Shown here: one piece after another, positions 36,500 through 50,297 of the stretch
Position numbering within the stretch: position 1 is the first letter of the stretch
Layout: each line of letters opens with the position of its first letter
From: Eledone cirrhosa
Taxonomy: Eukaryota
Direction: 5' to 3'
Length of the DNA: 64,000 nt
Assembly (NCBI GenBank): GCA_964016885.1
Contig: OZ024755.1
Span: forward strand, 248,001-312,000
Notes under the pieces: generated by a model
The model's database searches: none
What the model was told of the DNA's origin: nothing
The model's input: only the letters and a program-made list of their open reading frames with translations
Program-made: the position numbers and the translations under genes

Positions 36500-37792
36500 G
36501 TTCTTTGAGTCTCAGTCATTGATGTTAGTTAACTGGAAAGTTTGTTGAAATGAATATCAAGCCACTACCTGCAGCCTCAGATATTCAGGACGTATCGGAG
36601 GGTTCTTGCTGTTCCCAGCAAGCATGCCTTTTGAAGCGTTCCAAAAAGCGTGGCGGGGCCAATTTTCTTTAACCATCCCTGGAAACTTTTTGAGATAGTA
36701 CCTAGTGCGCCTATGACAATCGGGACCACTTTGACTTCATGGCAGTTCCAAATCCTTTTTACCTCCCACTTTAAGTCCTGGTATCGGTTAATTTTCTCCC
36801 TCTCCTTCTCTTGCACTCTCGTGTCGAAAGGGCAGGCCACATCCACAATTAGGCACAATCTTTTTTCTTTGTCCAAAACCACCAGGTCAGGTCTATTGTG
36901 TTCCAGTTTCTTGTCCGTCTGTATCCTAAAATCCCACAGCACCTTCACCTGATCGTTTTCTATCACCGACTCTGGCTTATGCTCATACCACTTCTCAGAA
37001 TGTGGTAAATTGTTTACTTTGCATAGGTGCCAGTGGATCACCCTGCCCATCACATCATGTCTCCAGCCCTTATAGTGAGTCTGGGCTAGGTGTTTACACT
37101 CGGATACAATGTGAGCCACAGTCTCCTCTCTCTCTCCACAGATCCTGCACAGTGGGCTAGCCTCCTCCTTGTAAATATGGTGTTTCAACCACTTCGTTTT
37201 AAGGGCCTGCTCTTGCGCAGCCATTAACATTCCTTCTGTAGCCTTTTTAAGGTCTCCTCTTTTCAACCAGTTCCATGTCTGTGGATCTCTGAATTCAGTT
37301 TTCTCAAAGAAGGTACTATGAAGGGATTTTTCATGAAGGCTGCTCTTTCTCCTTGTTGTTATTTCCTCCTTGGACATCCCCTGGTCTATTGTCCTCTCCT
37401 TCAGTACAGTTCTGAGCATTGGCTCCTTACTATCAGTCACGTATTTGTGTAGGTTGTTTTTCTCCATCTGAACACAGTCCTCTATGCTGATAAGACCTCT
37501 TCCACCTTCAGATCTCCTTAAGTAGAGTCTATCTACATCACTCCTCTTGTGGAACATGTTGTAGATAGTCAATAGCTTCCTAGTCTTCCTATCCATTTCT
37601 TTTTGTTCAGCAACATTCCATCTCAGAATTCCCGCACTGTACCTAATAATAGACACAGCTCGGGAATTTACTGCACTTATGGCATTCCTACTGTTCAGAT
37701 GTGACTTTAATACTCTCCGAATGTATTCAGATCTTATCAATTCCTTCATTTTTTTGTTCTTGATGTCATCAGCCTCCAGAACACCCAAATAC

Positions 37793-37795
<3 letters not shown>
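36500..37795 (-). mobile_element. 5'-truncated R4/Dong-like non-LTR retrotransposon, element 2 (different family)
   Basis: ORF stop at 36577, short 3' UTR, (TAA)n tail at 36478-36499 and (TAA)n at the 5' junction 37795-37836. Confidence 0.9.
36577..37794 (-). CDS. Retrotransposon ORF from RT motif 7 (KYLG) through the CCHC knuckle and RLE endonuclease
   Basis: KYLGV; RLYLRRSEGGRGL; CRICGEREETVAHIVSEC; RHD; RPDLVV...IVDVACPFD...EKINRYQDL. The poly-Ile start is the (TAA)n tract. Confidence 0.9.
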
Positions 37796-37836
<41 letters not shown>

Positions 37837-37906
37837 CATCTAAATACCTTCCATCATAACTTTATGTAAGAACCTTTGTTAAGTTATGTTCAAAACACCA
37901 ACTTAA

Positions 37907-38101
37907 CCCTTTTGATACCAACCCACCCAAAACCACCTCGGGTTCTATGAAAGAGAACCACTCATTTTAAAGAGTTCCTATTTAAATTAACATCTAATAT
38001 AACTTGATATGTAATAAATGTTATCATAATAATGAAGTAATTAATAATTATTCATTAATTCAAATACAGTATATTTCATGAGAAATATGGTAATGAAAGG
38101 G
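37907..38101 (+). mobile_element. piggyBac MITE (195 bp) with intact TTAA TSD, nested in another MITE copy
   Basis: TTAA(37903-37906)|CCCTTTTGATACCA...TGGTAATGAAAGGG|TTAA(38102-38105). Confidence 0.85.
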
Positions 38102-38919
38102 TTAAAAATGAGAAAGGTAGCTATAATTCTACCCCACCCACACCTCTGGCAAATTCTGGATTATTTTCAAAAAGGATTTGAAAACCATAAACAGCATTTT
38201 TCCTTAGAAGTAGCTGGAATTTAGTTTACACAGAACATAGCCAAAATTTATTCTAAATGATAATACCAATTCTACTTGAAAATATGAGGTTATTCTTGGT
38301 CAATAATCCACACAATAATCATAAGAGGGAAAACATTGACTGCAGTGTTAACAATTTGACCTTGAATATCACATACATAGTCATGAGTTGTGACTTTGCT
38401 GTAACTATTGTATTATCTCAGATGGCAACCATACTTTGCTCCACAGGTCTCTCTATGTCTCTTTGACAGCTGGCAACTTTCCAACTTTATAATTAGTGAT
38501 TTTTCCAGAAGGTTATTTATTTACCTATATAATAACACTTACTGAAACAATATAACAATATGCTATATTTTTCAAAATTTCCCCCATAACCATTCCTCTC
38601 ATGTGATAGCACAGAAAAAAATTGTTATCAACAATATTTGCTTAACCTTCTAATTATATATGTATGTGCACACACTGCATATATGCACACCCACACACGT
38701 GTGCACATACACACACATTATATATATATTTATATGTACACACTATATATACATGTTTACACACATATATATATACATACATAAAATAACAGGTGACACA
38801 CCAACATCTTTGCTGCCTTCAATTTACCAACCATTTGGCATTGTCATAGCAGGGAAATAACATACTACTTTATATATATCTATATCTATATCTATCTATC
38901 TCTCTCTATATATATATAT

Positions 38920-39130
38920 ACACACACACATATATTTACTCATACATATATATACATGCACACACACTCACATATATTTACTCATACATATATATACATG
39001 CACACACACACACACACACATATTTACTCATACATATATATACATGCACACACACTCACATATATTTACTCATACATATATATACATGCACACACACACA
39101 CATATATTTACTCATACATATATATACATG

Positions 39131-39198
<68 letters not shown>
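38920..39198. repeat. About 40-bp (CA/TA)-derived minisatellite running into (TA)n
   Basis: catatatttactcatacatatatatacatgcacacacac, about five copies. Confidence 0.9.
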
Positions 39199-39200
<2 letters not shown>

Positions 39201-40269
39201 ACACACACAAAAGAATCAAAGCTTCATTTCATATTCTCTTCTTTTAACTCCTGTCAAACATTAGACAGACTTTATTGAATGGTAGAGTTCCTGTGCAAGA
39301 GAACAAATGACAAAGGACATCTATTCTAAACACGTACACACATAGTATACACACAGTACACACACTTCAAGCATGAATTTCTTTTGGTGGAAAAGATAAA
39401 ATGTTTGAAGAAAATCCTGTCCTGGTTTATTCATCATGTTTTGACATATGCTCTGTTATTTTTCTCCTGATATTAAATCCACCATACATGTGTAATCTAT
39501 CATTTCATAACAGCCTATTACTAGCGTCAGTGAGTCTTCATGTGAATATCACTTCAAAAGTTGTTTGAAATCATCAACATCACTGCTTTCAGGACATTAT
39601 AAAATAATGTACTGAATAATGTGTGTAGCTTAGAAGTTAGGGAGATGGATGACCTTCTTCAAACCAATCACATTACATGGTTCAGACAAGTTGTTCTATT
39701 GTGAGACAAGTCAGATTAGATGACCATGTATTGCTCACACAGAACTGTCTGTTTGAATACTAAAAGATTTTTACATTTGTCAGGCATGTGTTGATATGAT
39801 TTCTGCTCTACTTTGAAACCATGGTCTTTTTTTTACCAAGTTCCAGTTTAAATATAAACACACTTTATCATGATGTCATTTATAGTTTTCTTGCGCAAGT
39901 ATTTCCCAGGTAAACAAAGACTGGCCAACATTTTACACATGATAAACCTGGTTACATTTTTGAATACCGAAATGACAATAGTTTCTTAATTGTAAAAGCA
40001 ACACTAAATGATTGTTAATGTTGTAGAGAAGTAAACTAAATAGCTAAGAAGTTACATAGCCGTAGCTTTTGAATTAAAATCATTATAGCGTATAAGAAAA
40101 GTTCCAATCATTTCCTTTGTAACTGCTACAACTGGAATAATATAACATAACTTCAGTGAAGACATTGGTAAGTTACCTTTAAATATAGACAAAGGAAGGT
40201 TCCAGAAAATGTTAGATATTGATGCATCTTACACACAATAAACTAATAACTTCTTACAATAGCACAAGG

Positions 40270-40680
40270 CCATACATTTCCAGATAAAATGGCAAATATC
40301 ATAGAATGCTTTGTGATATTTGTTCTGCTTCTCTTTGCTCTTCTAAGTTCAAATTCTGGTTTCTCATTAGGTCAACTTTGATTCTCATTCATTCAGGAGT
40401 TGATAAAGAAAGCACCAATCAAATACTGGGGGAAGGGGGGTTCTCTTGGGAATTGGCTACATTGCACTGTAAGAAGGATTGTGGGGTACAATTCACACCA
40501 CCCTTCACTGAAGAAATAGAGAAAGGGGCTTACAACCTCTTTTAATATGTTACTGGTACTTTATTTTATCAACCCTGTAAGGATGAAAGGCAAAGTTAAC
40601 CTCAGCAGGATTTGAAATCAGAATGTAAAGGGTTGTAACTACATAGAAAGTTTGTTGTCCAAAGCTCTATCAACACTGAT
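40270..40680. mobile_element. Two family A SINE remnants in opposite orientation
   Basis: Plus strand aagttcaaattc...ggtcaactttg...gttgataaag at about 40345-40430. Minus strand tactggtactttattttatcaaccctgtaaggatgaaaggcaaag at 40550-40680. Confidence 0.7.
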
Positions 40681-42956
40681 TACTCTTCATAAGGGCATTG
40701 GCTGAAGAAGACATTACACAGACTATTTACAATCTGAAGGTTGTGGTGGTGGGGTTTAGATAGAAATGAGAGAAATAAAATATTTAGGGGATTTGAGCAG
40801 AAACAGGGATGAAACTATGCTATGTTAGGCACTTTGGCATCAATACTACTTTTTATAGAAGCTTGAGATTTAGGAGGAAAGGGGTTTTCTAGAATAAAAA
40901 TCAGCATTCATATTTTAACATAAAACATTACACAAGGTGGATATGAAGACAACTACGTTCTATTTAGCAACACATTGCTATATAAATCTTTATCTTTGCC
41001 AATACTTAGTCCTAAATATCCATTTTATCAAGATTAATCAATGAAAGGGAATTTCAAAGAGATAATCATCAAAGAGAAATAGGATATAAGAAAAATATGT
41101 AGAATCTATAATTTTTTATACAGTATATATATATAATTAATATGATGAAACGATGCTTGGAAAGAAGTCTAACAAAATAAATATATAAATGAAATGGAAC
41201 TTCAGTTATTACAATTTAAATATTAATTTTTTTTTCGAAGCAATAAATTAAAAGTTTTACAAGTGATACTGAAATATTCATAAAAGTTGACAAGTGGAAA
41301 CATTATTTAAACAAGTATGTATCAACAATTTTAGGAAGATTGTGTACAGGTAGGCATTTCTCTCTCGCTCTCTCTTTCAATCTATTTATCTGTCAATCTC
41401 TCTTTATCTTTCTTTCTCATACACATATATACACACATATGTTATGACCAGAGGATTCCTATATTAGAGGTAATTTTGGATCTCCTAAAAATATACCATT
41501 GACAGTAGTAAGAAGAGTAAGATAAGATATATTGAAAAATGTTCAATATTTTCAATAGCAAACATTAAATGTTATGTTAATGTTGAAATTGGTTATGGCA
41601 GATCATTAAAGCTACATAAAGAATAATTCCAATTAAAAGCTTTGCATGAATGAGTAAATGTCAAGGTGTTGCTTTATGAAAGTGATTTCTGACAGTATCA
41701 AAAGTTGTTGATTGCATAATATCAATAAAGGGAGAGGAGGAAGAGATGAGAGGAGAGGAGAAGAGAAGGGGAGGTAACCAAATTAATACGAAAAAAATAT
41801 TGTTTTACAAGATATCTCATTAATTTTTGTTGTAAACACTGGAGTTGTTATAAAAATGAAATGAGCCATAAAAGAGGAACAGAGGAAAGGTACAGATGAC
41901 AAAACACAAAAGGAAAAAGTGATGTAAAAGAAGAAGAGAGAAATAATTAGAAAAAAAAAAATGATATGAGTGAGCGAGTGAGGTTTAAGGAAGGAACTTA
42001 AATATCATAAAAATAACAAAGGAAGGAAGTGTAAAAAGGATATAAAAAGAGAGATGAAAGGAAATGAGCAGAAAAGGAAAAATTAAACAGGGAATGGAAT
42101 CAGTTTAAAAAAATGGAAGAACTGTGTAGGCAGAGAATGAAGAAAATATATAAAGTAGAGGGATTGTATATAAAACAAACGGTTTGGACAGTTTATATGT
42201 GGACTAACACATATATTATACCTAACATATCCCATAAACAAAATGGAAGAGTGTGTAGGCTTTGAATGAAGAAAATCAAGTATAGGGCTTCTATATAAAA
42301 GATACACTTAGATTGGAGAGTTTATATGAGGACTAACACAAACTATATTGTACCTAACATATCCCATAAACAAGAACCCATAAACAAGAACCTATAAAAA
42401 AAAGTCTTATTTACATAGAGGGACACAACTGCCTGACTCAATGCTTTTTTTTTTTTTTTAAAGGGGACCACTTCTCATAAACTTACAAATACTTTGAGAC
42501 TGAGTCCACCTTTAATCAGTAAAGAATACAATAAACATTATACTCCACCATTCAATCCCACTCTAGAATAAATATACCTAGAATCATACTGTATTCAAGA
42601 TTTTTTTTAGATAAGAAAGAAATGTGCTTACTTGGAACAGACTATATACAAAGTAAAAAAACCCAGTCAAATGGAATAACATAAGTAAAGAACTCCAATC
42701 TTTCAACTATTTCCATGTATTTATTTTGTTGAATTGTTTTTATATATTTATTTTAACAGGTAATAGATAGACATAAAAACATTGCTGAAGGTTATTAGAC
42801 TGCAGCATGTGTGGATTTGAAATGTTGATTCCAATCTCTGAAAAGTGTAAAATACTATTAGTAAATAAGGTTGTTTTAACTCTTATTTCACATCTTTTTT
42901 ATTATTGTATCATCATTATTAGTATTGCTATTATTATTAGTATTATTATTGCTATT

Positions 42957-43135
42957 TGGCAGTATCGGTAGAGAGTCAGATACCATGCTTTGACGCATAG
43001 AGTTACGGCCTTTCCCATTCTGAGTTCAAATCCCGCCAAGGTTAACTTTGCCTTTCATCCTTACGGGGTTGATAAAATTAAGTACCAGTAATACAATGGG
43101 TAATTGCTGGCCTTGTGCCAAAAGTAGAAACAATT
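42957..43135 (+). mobile_element. SINE family A, full head
   Basis: ttggcagtatcggtagagagtcaga...gagttcaaatcccgccaaggttaactttgcctttcatccttacgggg...ccttgtgccaaaagtagaaacaatt. Confidence 0.85.
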
Positions 43136-44158
43136 ATTATCTTTGCTATTATTATTATTGCTATTCAACAGCGTTCTGATCAGTATCTCTTTCAACCAAT
43201 AAAATATGTTTATAAGATGACTTTTGTTCTTAGTAGTGTAATTATAACACTTAAGATACGAAGATAGTGTAGAACTTAATAACCTAATAAAATACTTTAG
43301 CACAAAGGTGATATTGATCAAAATGTGGATTAACCCTTACTTTCCAGAAATCAATGTCTCAAAGCAAGCATGAACTAATTAGGAAAGGCAAGCAGAGTTT
43401 ACAGCAATCAGAGTTTACAGCAAGCCAACGAGAGAGCCTTATGTAATCACTCAAATTGCTAGATATAGCTGTTAAATTTCCCTCAATTTGATGAGCAAAT
43501 GAAACAGCATCTGTGTATTCACTTGACTTGCTAGAAATAGCTGTCAAAAAAATGGAGGATACATTACATAATGTAGTAAGTTTTGTTATACTTGTTTCTG
43601 AGGAAGACGGTGAGATGAATCTGGAGTATTGAGACTAATAATATATGGTTGTATAACTACTACCAATTAGTCACTATATAGATCTATTATGATCAATCAA
43701 ACTTCTCAAATGATCATAAAACAATGAACTGATTAAGTTCAAATCTTTGCCTTTTCTTTTCATTGTTCAACACATATATGTTTTTGATATACACAAAAGC
43801 CAGTGCTCCAGCATGATTGTAGTCAAATGACTAACGCTAGCAAAAGAGTATACTAAGAATTAAGATACAGTCTATATTGTGTTTATGTATATGGAGAGAG
43901 AGAACCAAGATAGAGTGTATATTGTGGTTATGTAGATGTATATATAGAGAGAACTAAGATAGAGCATATATTCTCTGTACTTTGAGAATTGTGATAGAGC
44001 AAATGTTCTCATCTAACTGCTGGAACAGACAGGAAATATGTTTTATCAGTGAGGTAGAAAGCTTGGAATGGTGATAAATAACGTACTAGAATACACATAT
44101 ATATATATATACACACACACACACGCACATGCACATATATATATATATATACACATAG

Positions 44159-44253
<95 letters not shown>

Positions 44254-44648
44254 AAGAAGCATTTAAGGACATCTTTTCTCTGGTTCAGTGTCGGAAAATA
44301 CATTTTTTTCATATTTTTATTTTACAAATTAGCTTATAGAATCAATAGTATAGAATCAATTACTATGTAGTTTACTCTCTCTCTGTCTCCTTCTTGATAT
44401 CAGCAACATGTTTGTAGACTTAGTTTTTTTTATAACACAGTTAGAGGAAATGAAAAATACTTTGGAAAAACATACTGCACTGTTTTATCCATAGTAGCGA
44501 AGAAATATGTTTTCCTGATTTAAACATTTTCACAACCAACATTAACCCTTTTTTAATCAAATTTTTTTAAAATATTTAAGTTAAATTTCTTAAGCTTAAA
44601 TTTAAACTTTAAAATCCACTGTAAATAGAAGAAAAGAAATTGTAAAGA

Positions 44649-44997
44649 TTTCATTTCATTCATTTCATTTCATTTTACGTCCACTTTTCCCCCTGCTTGC
44701 AAGGGTGGGACGGGTACTGATTCTGGCTTGATTTCTACAGCTGGATGCCCTTCCTAACACCAACCTCATTTACAGTGAGTGCTGGGTGCTTTTTTGTCGT
44801 GGCACCTCCACGACCACTTTGCAGTGGAATGATAGGGACCCCAGTCCCTATCATCTCATTTCTACAGCTGAGTAAACTGGAGCAATGTGAAATAAAGTGA
44901 CTTGCTCAAGGAAACAACACATCACCCGGTCTGAGAATTGAACTCACAACCTTTCGATTGCAAGGCCAATGCTCTAACCACTAAGCCATGTGCCTTC
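44649..44997 (-). mobile_element. Full-length SINE family B
   Basis: Near-identical reverse complement of 4205-4554, with a (TGAAA)n tail. Confidence 0.9.
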
Positions 44998-45034
44998 ATT
45001 TAGCTTAAGTAAATCCTTATAACATAGTGAAGGG

Positions 45035-45429
45035 ATTTTAATACCAACCCTGGTTCTTCAATACAAAACTGTTTATTTTAAAGTGTTTATATTTATTTGA
45101 AAACCTTTCATCATATCCCAAACCAAACCACCTCTTGTTCTGTGAAACAAAAATATCCACTTTATAGGATTCTTATTTAAAACATTCCAAAATATTTTTT
45201 TTATAAAAGAAAAAAAAAACCTTTTGCTAAGTTATAAATACTATACTCTTAACTCTTCATTAATTAATTGAAATACAGAGTATTTTTTTACAAATATGGC
45301 CATAAAACGTTTAATCTATGCTACAAAACTAGCATATATATCACTAAATCCTTTCAAATTTTTGGTATTTTCAAAATTATTTGAAAATCATCGTCAGTGT
45401 CTTTCATGAGAAATATAGTAACAAAAGGG
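45035..45429 (+). mobile_element. Stacked piggyBac MITE remnants
   Basis: Repeated left-arm motifs (ataccaaccctggttc, aaaccttt...catcat) and the right end aaatatagtaacaaaaggg|ttaa. Confidence 0.6.
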
Positions 45430-45567
45430 TTAAGTAAATACTGTAAATACTTTTGTATAAGTCCTTTAAATATTGTGTATACTTGTCTATAAGTCCTTTA
45501 AGTAAATACTGTGTGTACTTGTGTATAAGTCCTTTAAGTAAATACTGTGTATACTTGTGTATAAGTC
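45430..45567. repeat. 36-bp tandem repeat, about 3-4 copies
   Basis: ataagtcctttaagtaaatactgtgtatacttgtgt repeated with small changes. Confidence 0.85.
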
Positions 45568-46783
45568 GTACCTTTGTGCATGATAAAAATGACAATACAG
45601 ACCAGTATGTAGCAGCTTATCTAGTATTTATGAAGTTTACTGGTGATAAATTTTATACAAATTATGTTTGCCTACAATAAAAGAGGCAATGCAAAAGCCA
45701 ACAACATTTCACAACCTAATGATTTAAACTGTGAAGATTTAGAAATAGTGATGATGAATTTCAGAACTTTGTTGTTCCATATACGAGCTACAAAGGACTC
45801 TTAAGAAATATGTTAACAAATAAATAGATAAAAGATAAAACAAAACTTATAAAAAAAAAAGCAAAGCAAAACTTAGATATAGTCATAAAACAATTCTAAA
45901 AGAAAAACTGTTCTGGAAATTATCAAATCAAAGGGTGAAAGTAACTAGTTTAATTGGAGGAAATTTTGCACAACATACCACAACAAGGTGGAAGGAGGAA
46001 GTGATATGTTACTGTAACTTCCATAAACTCTTTAAATAATTGAACCCCAGAATTTATGCTCTTTCTCAACATCAATTCTATTTACTGATTGGTCAATCTC
46101 ACGATATTAACACGAATAAGAAAATTATGAGCCCAAGGAAATATATACAACAATTTCCTACATTCTTTGAAAATGTATTCAATTAGCTGTACTTAAAGAT
46201 GAGAATTAGTAATAACCATTTTATGAAGTGAGTAAATACCTCCTTCTATGAATTTATTATTAATATATTTAGATAAGTGTGTAATCAAATTATGTACACA
46301 ATTTCATTATTTACTTTTCCATAATTTTATATTAATAAAATTTAGCTTCAGTTTATTAAATGGTTTACATTTTTACTTTGCTTTCCACTCTACACAGCTT
46401 AGTTGGTAACCTTAGAGGCTCAATAATATATTTTCCTATTGTGTTTCTCTCTATTTCCTAGAGGTAGCAACCCAACATTAAACATTGTATTGTTCAACTT
46501 ATTCTAGGGCCCTTCAAATTCTATAGCTATTCATGTACTATTGCATGACCCCACTCAGAAAATGGAAGTGTTCAGCAAAACTAATTAAGTCATCTTTACT
46601 TCTTCTTCATCCCTCCCTCCATCTCCTCCCACTCTCACATATGGTTGAATGGTGCCTGACCTTATGATATCTTTGACAAAGCATTTGAGTTGACAATGAC
46701 TGTAGAAAATGTTTTTTATAAAGCTTACCACAAGAAACACTGATAAAAACCTTGCAGTAGTGTTATCTTTCTCTCTCTCACTA

Positions 46784-46836
<53 letters not shown>

Positions 46837-47067
46837 ATGTATGTCACAGATAAGTTCACCTAACTATGCTTCACAAAAATACCTCACTAACTTACATTAT
46901 ATTACCAAGTAAAAAGTTTTCTTATCATTAAGCATCAATTTATAACTGAGCAGCACCCCATGTTCTATGGAATTCTTTTCCATTACCATATTTATAATGA
47001 CATAATACACAACCTATATGGTAATGGAAAGATTACAACAGAAAATAAAATTCACATACACTGTCTA

Positions 47068-47195
47068 TTGCATGACTTAGTGGTAAGGGCTTATGATCAT
47101 AATGCTGTGGGTTCAAGTCCTAGACAGGGTTGTGTGTTGTGTTCTTGAGCAAAACACTTTATTTCACATTGCTCCAGCTGAAAATGAATACCAAC
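47068..47195 (+). mobile_element. SINE family B/C head fragment
   Basis: catgacttagtggtaaggg...ggttcaagtcc...cttgagcaaaacactttatttcacattgctccag. Confidence 0.75.
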
Positions 47196-47881
47196 CACAT
47201 GGTTTCACTGCAGATGACAAGATTACCAGCCATACACTTTCACCACTAAGCTACATAGTTTCACTGTAGATGACAGAGTTAAATAGATACCATGTGATTG
47301 GAACCTAATCTATCGATATTAAGTGGCAGATTAGTGGGAGGAAGATTTACAGGACAGAAATTATCGATAGAGCAAACAATACTTTCTGAAGTGAAAGTTA
47401 AGACTTGGGGAAATAAAGTGAAAATAATTTCTAGATTTCGAATGTTTGTTTTGTGGATAATTAAGAAAATTGTGTGAAATTGAAAACCATATAATAAAAA
47501 AAATACCAAACAAAAAGAAAAAAGAAAAGACAAGGAAATTAAGATTAGGCATGAACAAGTTTAGAACAGTTTTTAGCTTCTCTAGAAATAACATACATTG
47601 GTTTTACAATATACCCCGAGGGTAGCTTTACTTGCAAATCATTAAGTAGCAAATCAGTGGTGTTCTTTGTTTCAGCTAACATGATTTAGGTCAGCTAGTA
47701 TTAATATTATTGCAGGGATATCAAGACAGATGGAACTGAAGAACTTTCTGGATTGTCATATTTATAATACAACATGAAATACACTGTTGACTGCTGAAAG
47801 GCAGCTTAGAATGGTTCATTAGCTGGGCTTCTTACATAAAAAAATGAGATGTAATTAAAATTTTGATAAACACACTCACAT

Positions 47882-47990
47882 ATACCATATACTCAAATAT
47901 AAGCTGATCCAAATATAAGCCAACCCCCCACCCACCTTATTTTAAGCCTGAGAAATGGCCAAAAACCCAAACCCCATTTATAAGCTAAGG
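47882..47990 (+). mobile_element. Possible pogo/Tc2-type transposon terminus
   Basis: taccatatactcaaatataagctgatccaaatataagcc resembles TA|CCGTATATACTCGAGTATAAGCCG-type termini. No second end found. Confidence 0.4.
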
Positions 47991-49302
47991 CAGCTAATCA
48001 ACACATTATTTAGATGGCGTATATCAGCAGACATCCCCCATTTTACAATTGATTTTTCAGTCACATATTCCTCGGCATATATTCAAGTATACACAGTATG
48101 TGTGTGTCTCTCTCTCTATATATATATTAATACAGCCATAGAGACAAAGCCAAAATCCAGATCCGTATGGTCTCCTTACCTGACTTATCTCATAACGTGA
48201 TAACTCTTGTAACCCATGCAAGCGTGGAAAATGTACATTAAACAATGATGATGATACATACACACACACATATATATTTACACACACACACATATACATT
48301 TACAGCACAGGAAAAACAGATATTAAATGATGATGATAGAGATATATAGAATGGTGTGTGTGTGTTGACAAAAGAAGGAGACAAGGAGGGGTTTGTTGAG
48401 AGAACCATGATAGTAAAGGTCTTTGAATATTATTATTATTACATTTCTTATAAAATATTTTTAGATAAATATAAACATTTTAAAGCAAACAGATTTCTCT
48501 TATAGAACCAGATGTAGTTTGGTATCAAAAGGGTTAAGCCAAGTCTATACTAATTTCAAAAATTGGTTGTTCCATTGACCAAACAACTGGAATACTTATT
48601 GTTAGAATCCTGCAGTGGTCCATTTTAAAATTCCCAAAATTAAAATACAAGAAAAATGGACTAGAGGTCTTTAATTCAACTTCTTTGAGATCAGACAACC
48701 AAAAATTGCCCCTGGTTTTATTATCAAAACCAGAGGAAGTGATAGGTGTTAGAGATCATGGTTTGGGTTTCAATCTGAGTTGGGATCTACACTAGGGGGG
48801 AGGATTTTAATGGGGATGTACCACTGGATGAACGAGGATAGGATATATCTAAAAACCTTCCGACATAACTTTATATAAGTTAGGTGTTAAGTTTTGCACT
48901 AAATATCAACTTGATAATGAGAATGTTATTTGATTTCCTCCAGATTCTCAATTATTTCCTAAATTATCTGAAAAACTACAGGAAGTGTCGTTCATTTAAA
49001 ATATGGTAATGAAAAGGTAACTGACAAAGATAGAAAACCTGAGGTTTCCAACTTTCAGTTTATATTTTAAACAATATTTTTGCCTGTTAGCAACAGAATG
49101 AGTATTCCTATCTACTGAAGATAGTGTTGACAGGTAAAATACCTTTTGGAGAAATATTGGAGAATTTGCATGGCATTCAAATCATATCTTAAGAAATACA
49201 CAAGATGATAAATGTGAAAATGACAAGATAACATAATCATAAATTTATAATGTATTTTAAAGTTACTTTTCTTTACTTTGCAGAAATGAACTTATTTTCC
49301 AC

Positions 49303-49386
<84 letters not shown>

Positions 49387-49693
49387 ATTTATTCAATTCA
49401 GAAAACATCAATTCTTTGGCGACCAAACTACAAATAAAACTCTAAACAAGATAAAGAAAATGTCAATAAATGAGATATGACAATGATACAGAACATCTTT
49501 CAGACTTAAAATTCTCAAAACAGATATGGCACACAAATAGACAAATACAAACACACACACTGACACAGAGAGACACAGACAGACACATACACATCCACAA
49601 ACACAAAGAGTGAATATATTCTTTGAATAGAAACCAATGTTAGAAAACTATATAGTATATTTAATACAATATGAATATGTGTGTGTATATGAA

Positions 49694-49741
<48 letters not shown>

Positions 49742-50091
49742 TTCATATATATATATATATATATTATGAGAGAAAAAATTTTTGGAAGAATGAATATTCT
49801 GCAACAGGAGGTCAAATTAATCTATTAGACATGTCTTAAAGTTAACAGCACTTGCTTACTCTCCTCTGTTGCTGATTATATAATGTACAAACAGATCTAT
49901 AATTGAAAGAGAGAGAAATGGTAAAAAACAAACAAGAACAACTTACAACATTACCTAATAATTTGGAAGGTAGAGTAGTATATAGTAAGCTTATAATCAC
50001 TTAAGCATCAGCTAGATAGTTTAAGGTTATATTGGATACCTACATTTGAAATGACTTCACACATTAATATTAGTCTTACTATTATTACTAT

Positions 50092-50292
50092 TGGAGGGTA
50101 GGCTGAAAAATGTATAGGATAACTATGAAGGAGCGATGCTGTAGCTGTGAAATCTTGCATGCATTAATTCTCAACTCTTCTAATTAATAACTGCATTATT
50201 TCTTTCCAGGTACTATGTTGAAAATTAAACATCATTTGGTCATTCCATGAGAGGATATTGGTCAGCTTAAGAGCCTCTCAGCTGACCCTCAT
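50092..50292. mobile_element. Tc1/mariner-type MITE
   Basis: Imperfect TIRs gagggtaggctgaaaa and tctcagctgaccctc(ata), about 200 bp long, with a second partial copy at about 7000-7074. Confidence 0.65.
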
Positions 50293-50297
50293 ATGTC

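Noticed and set aside
35978-36952. Plus-strand ORFs 35978-36361 and 36650-36952
   Set aside because: They are antisense shadows of the retrotransposon ORFs.
43598-43720. CTGAGGA as a possible further hammerhead core
   Set aside because: No convincing stem II or GAAA partner found downstream.
44009-44370. [10 protein letters not shown] ORFs here and at many other positions
   Set aside because: They are translations of (TA)n, (CA)n and (TAA)n microsatellites.
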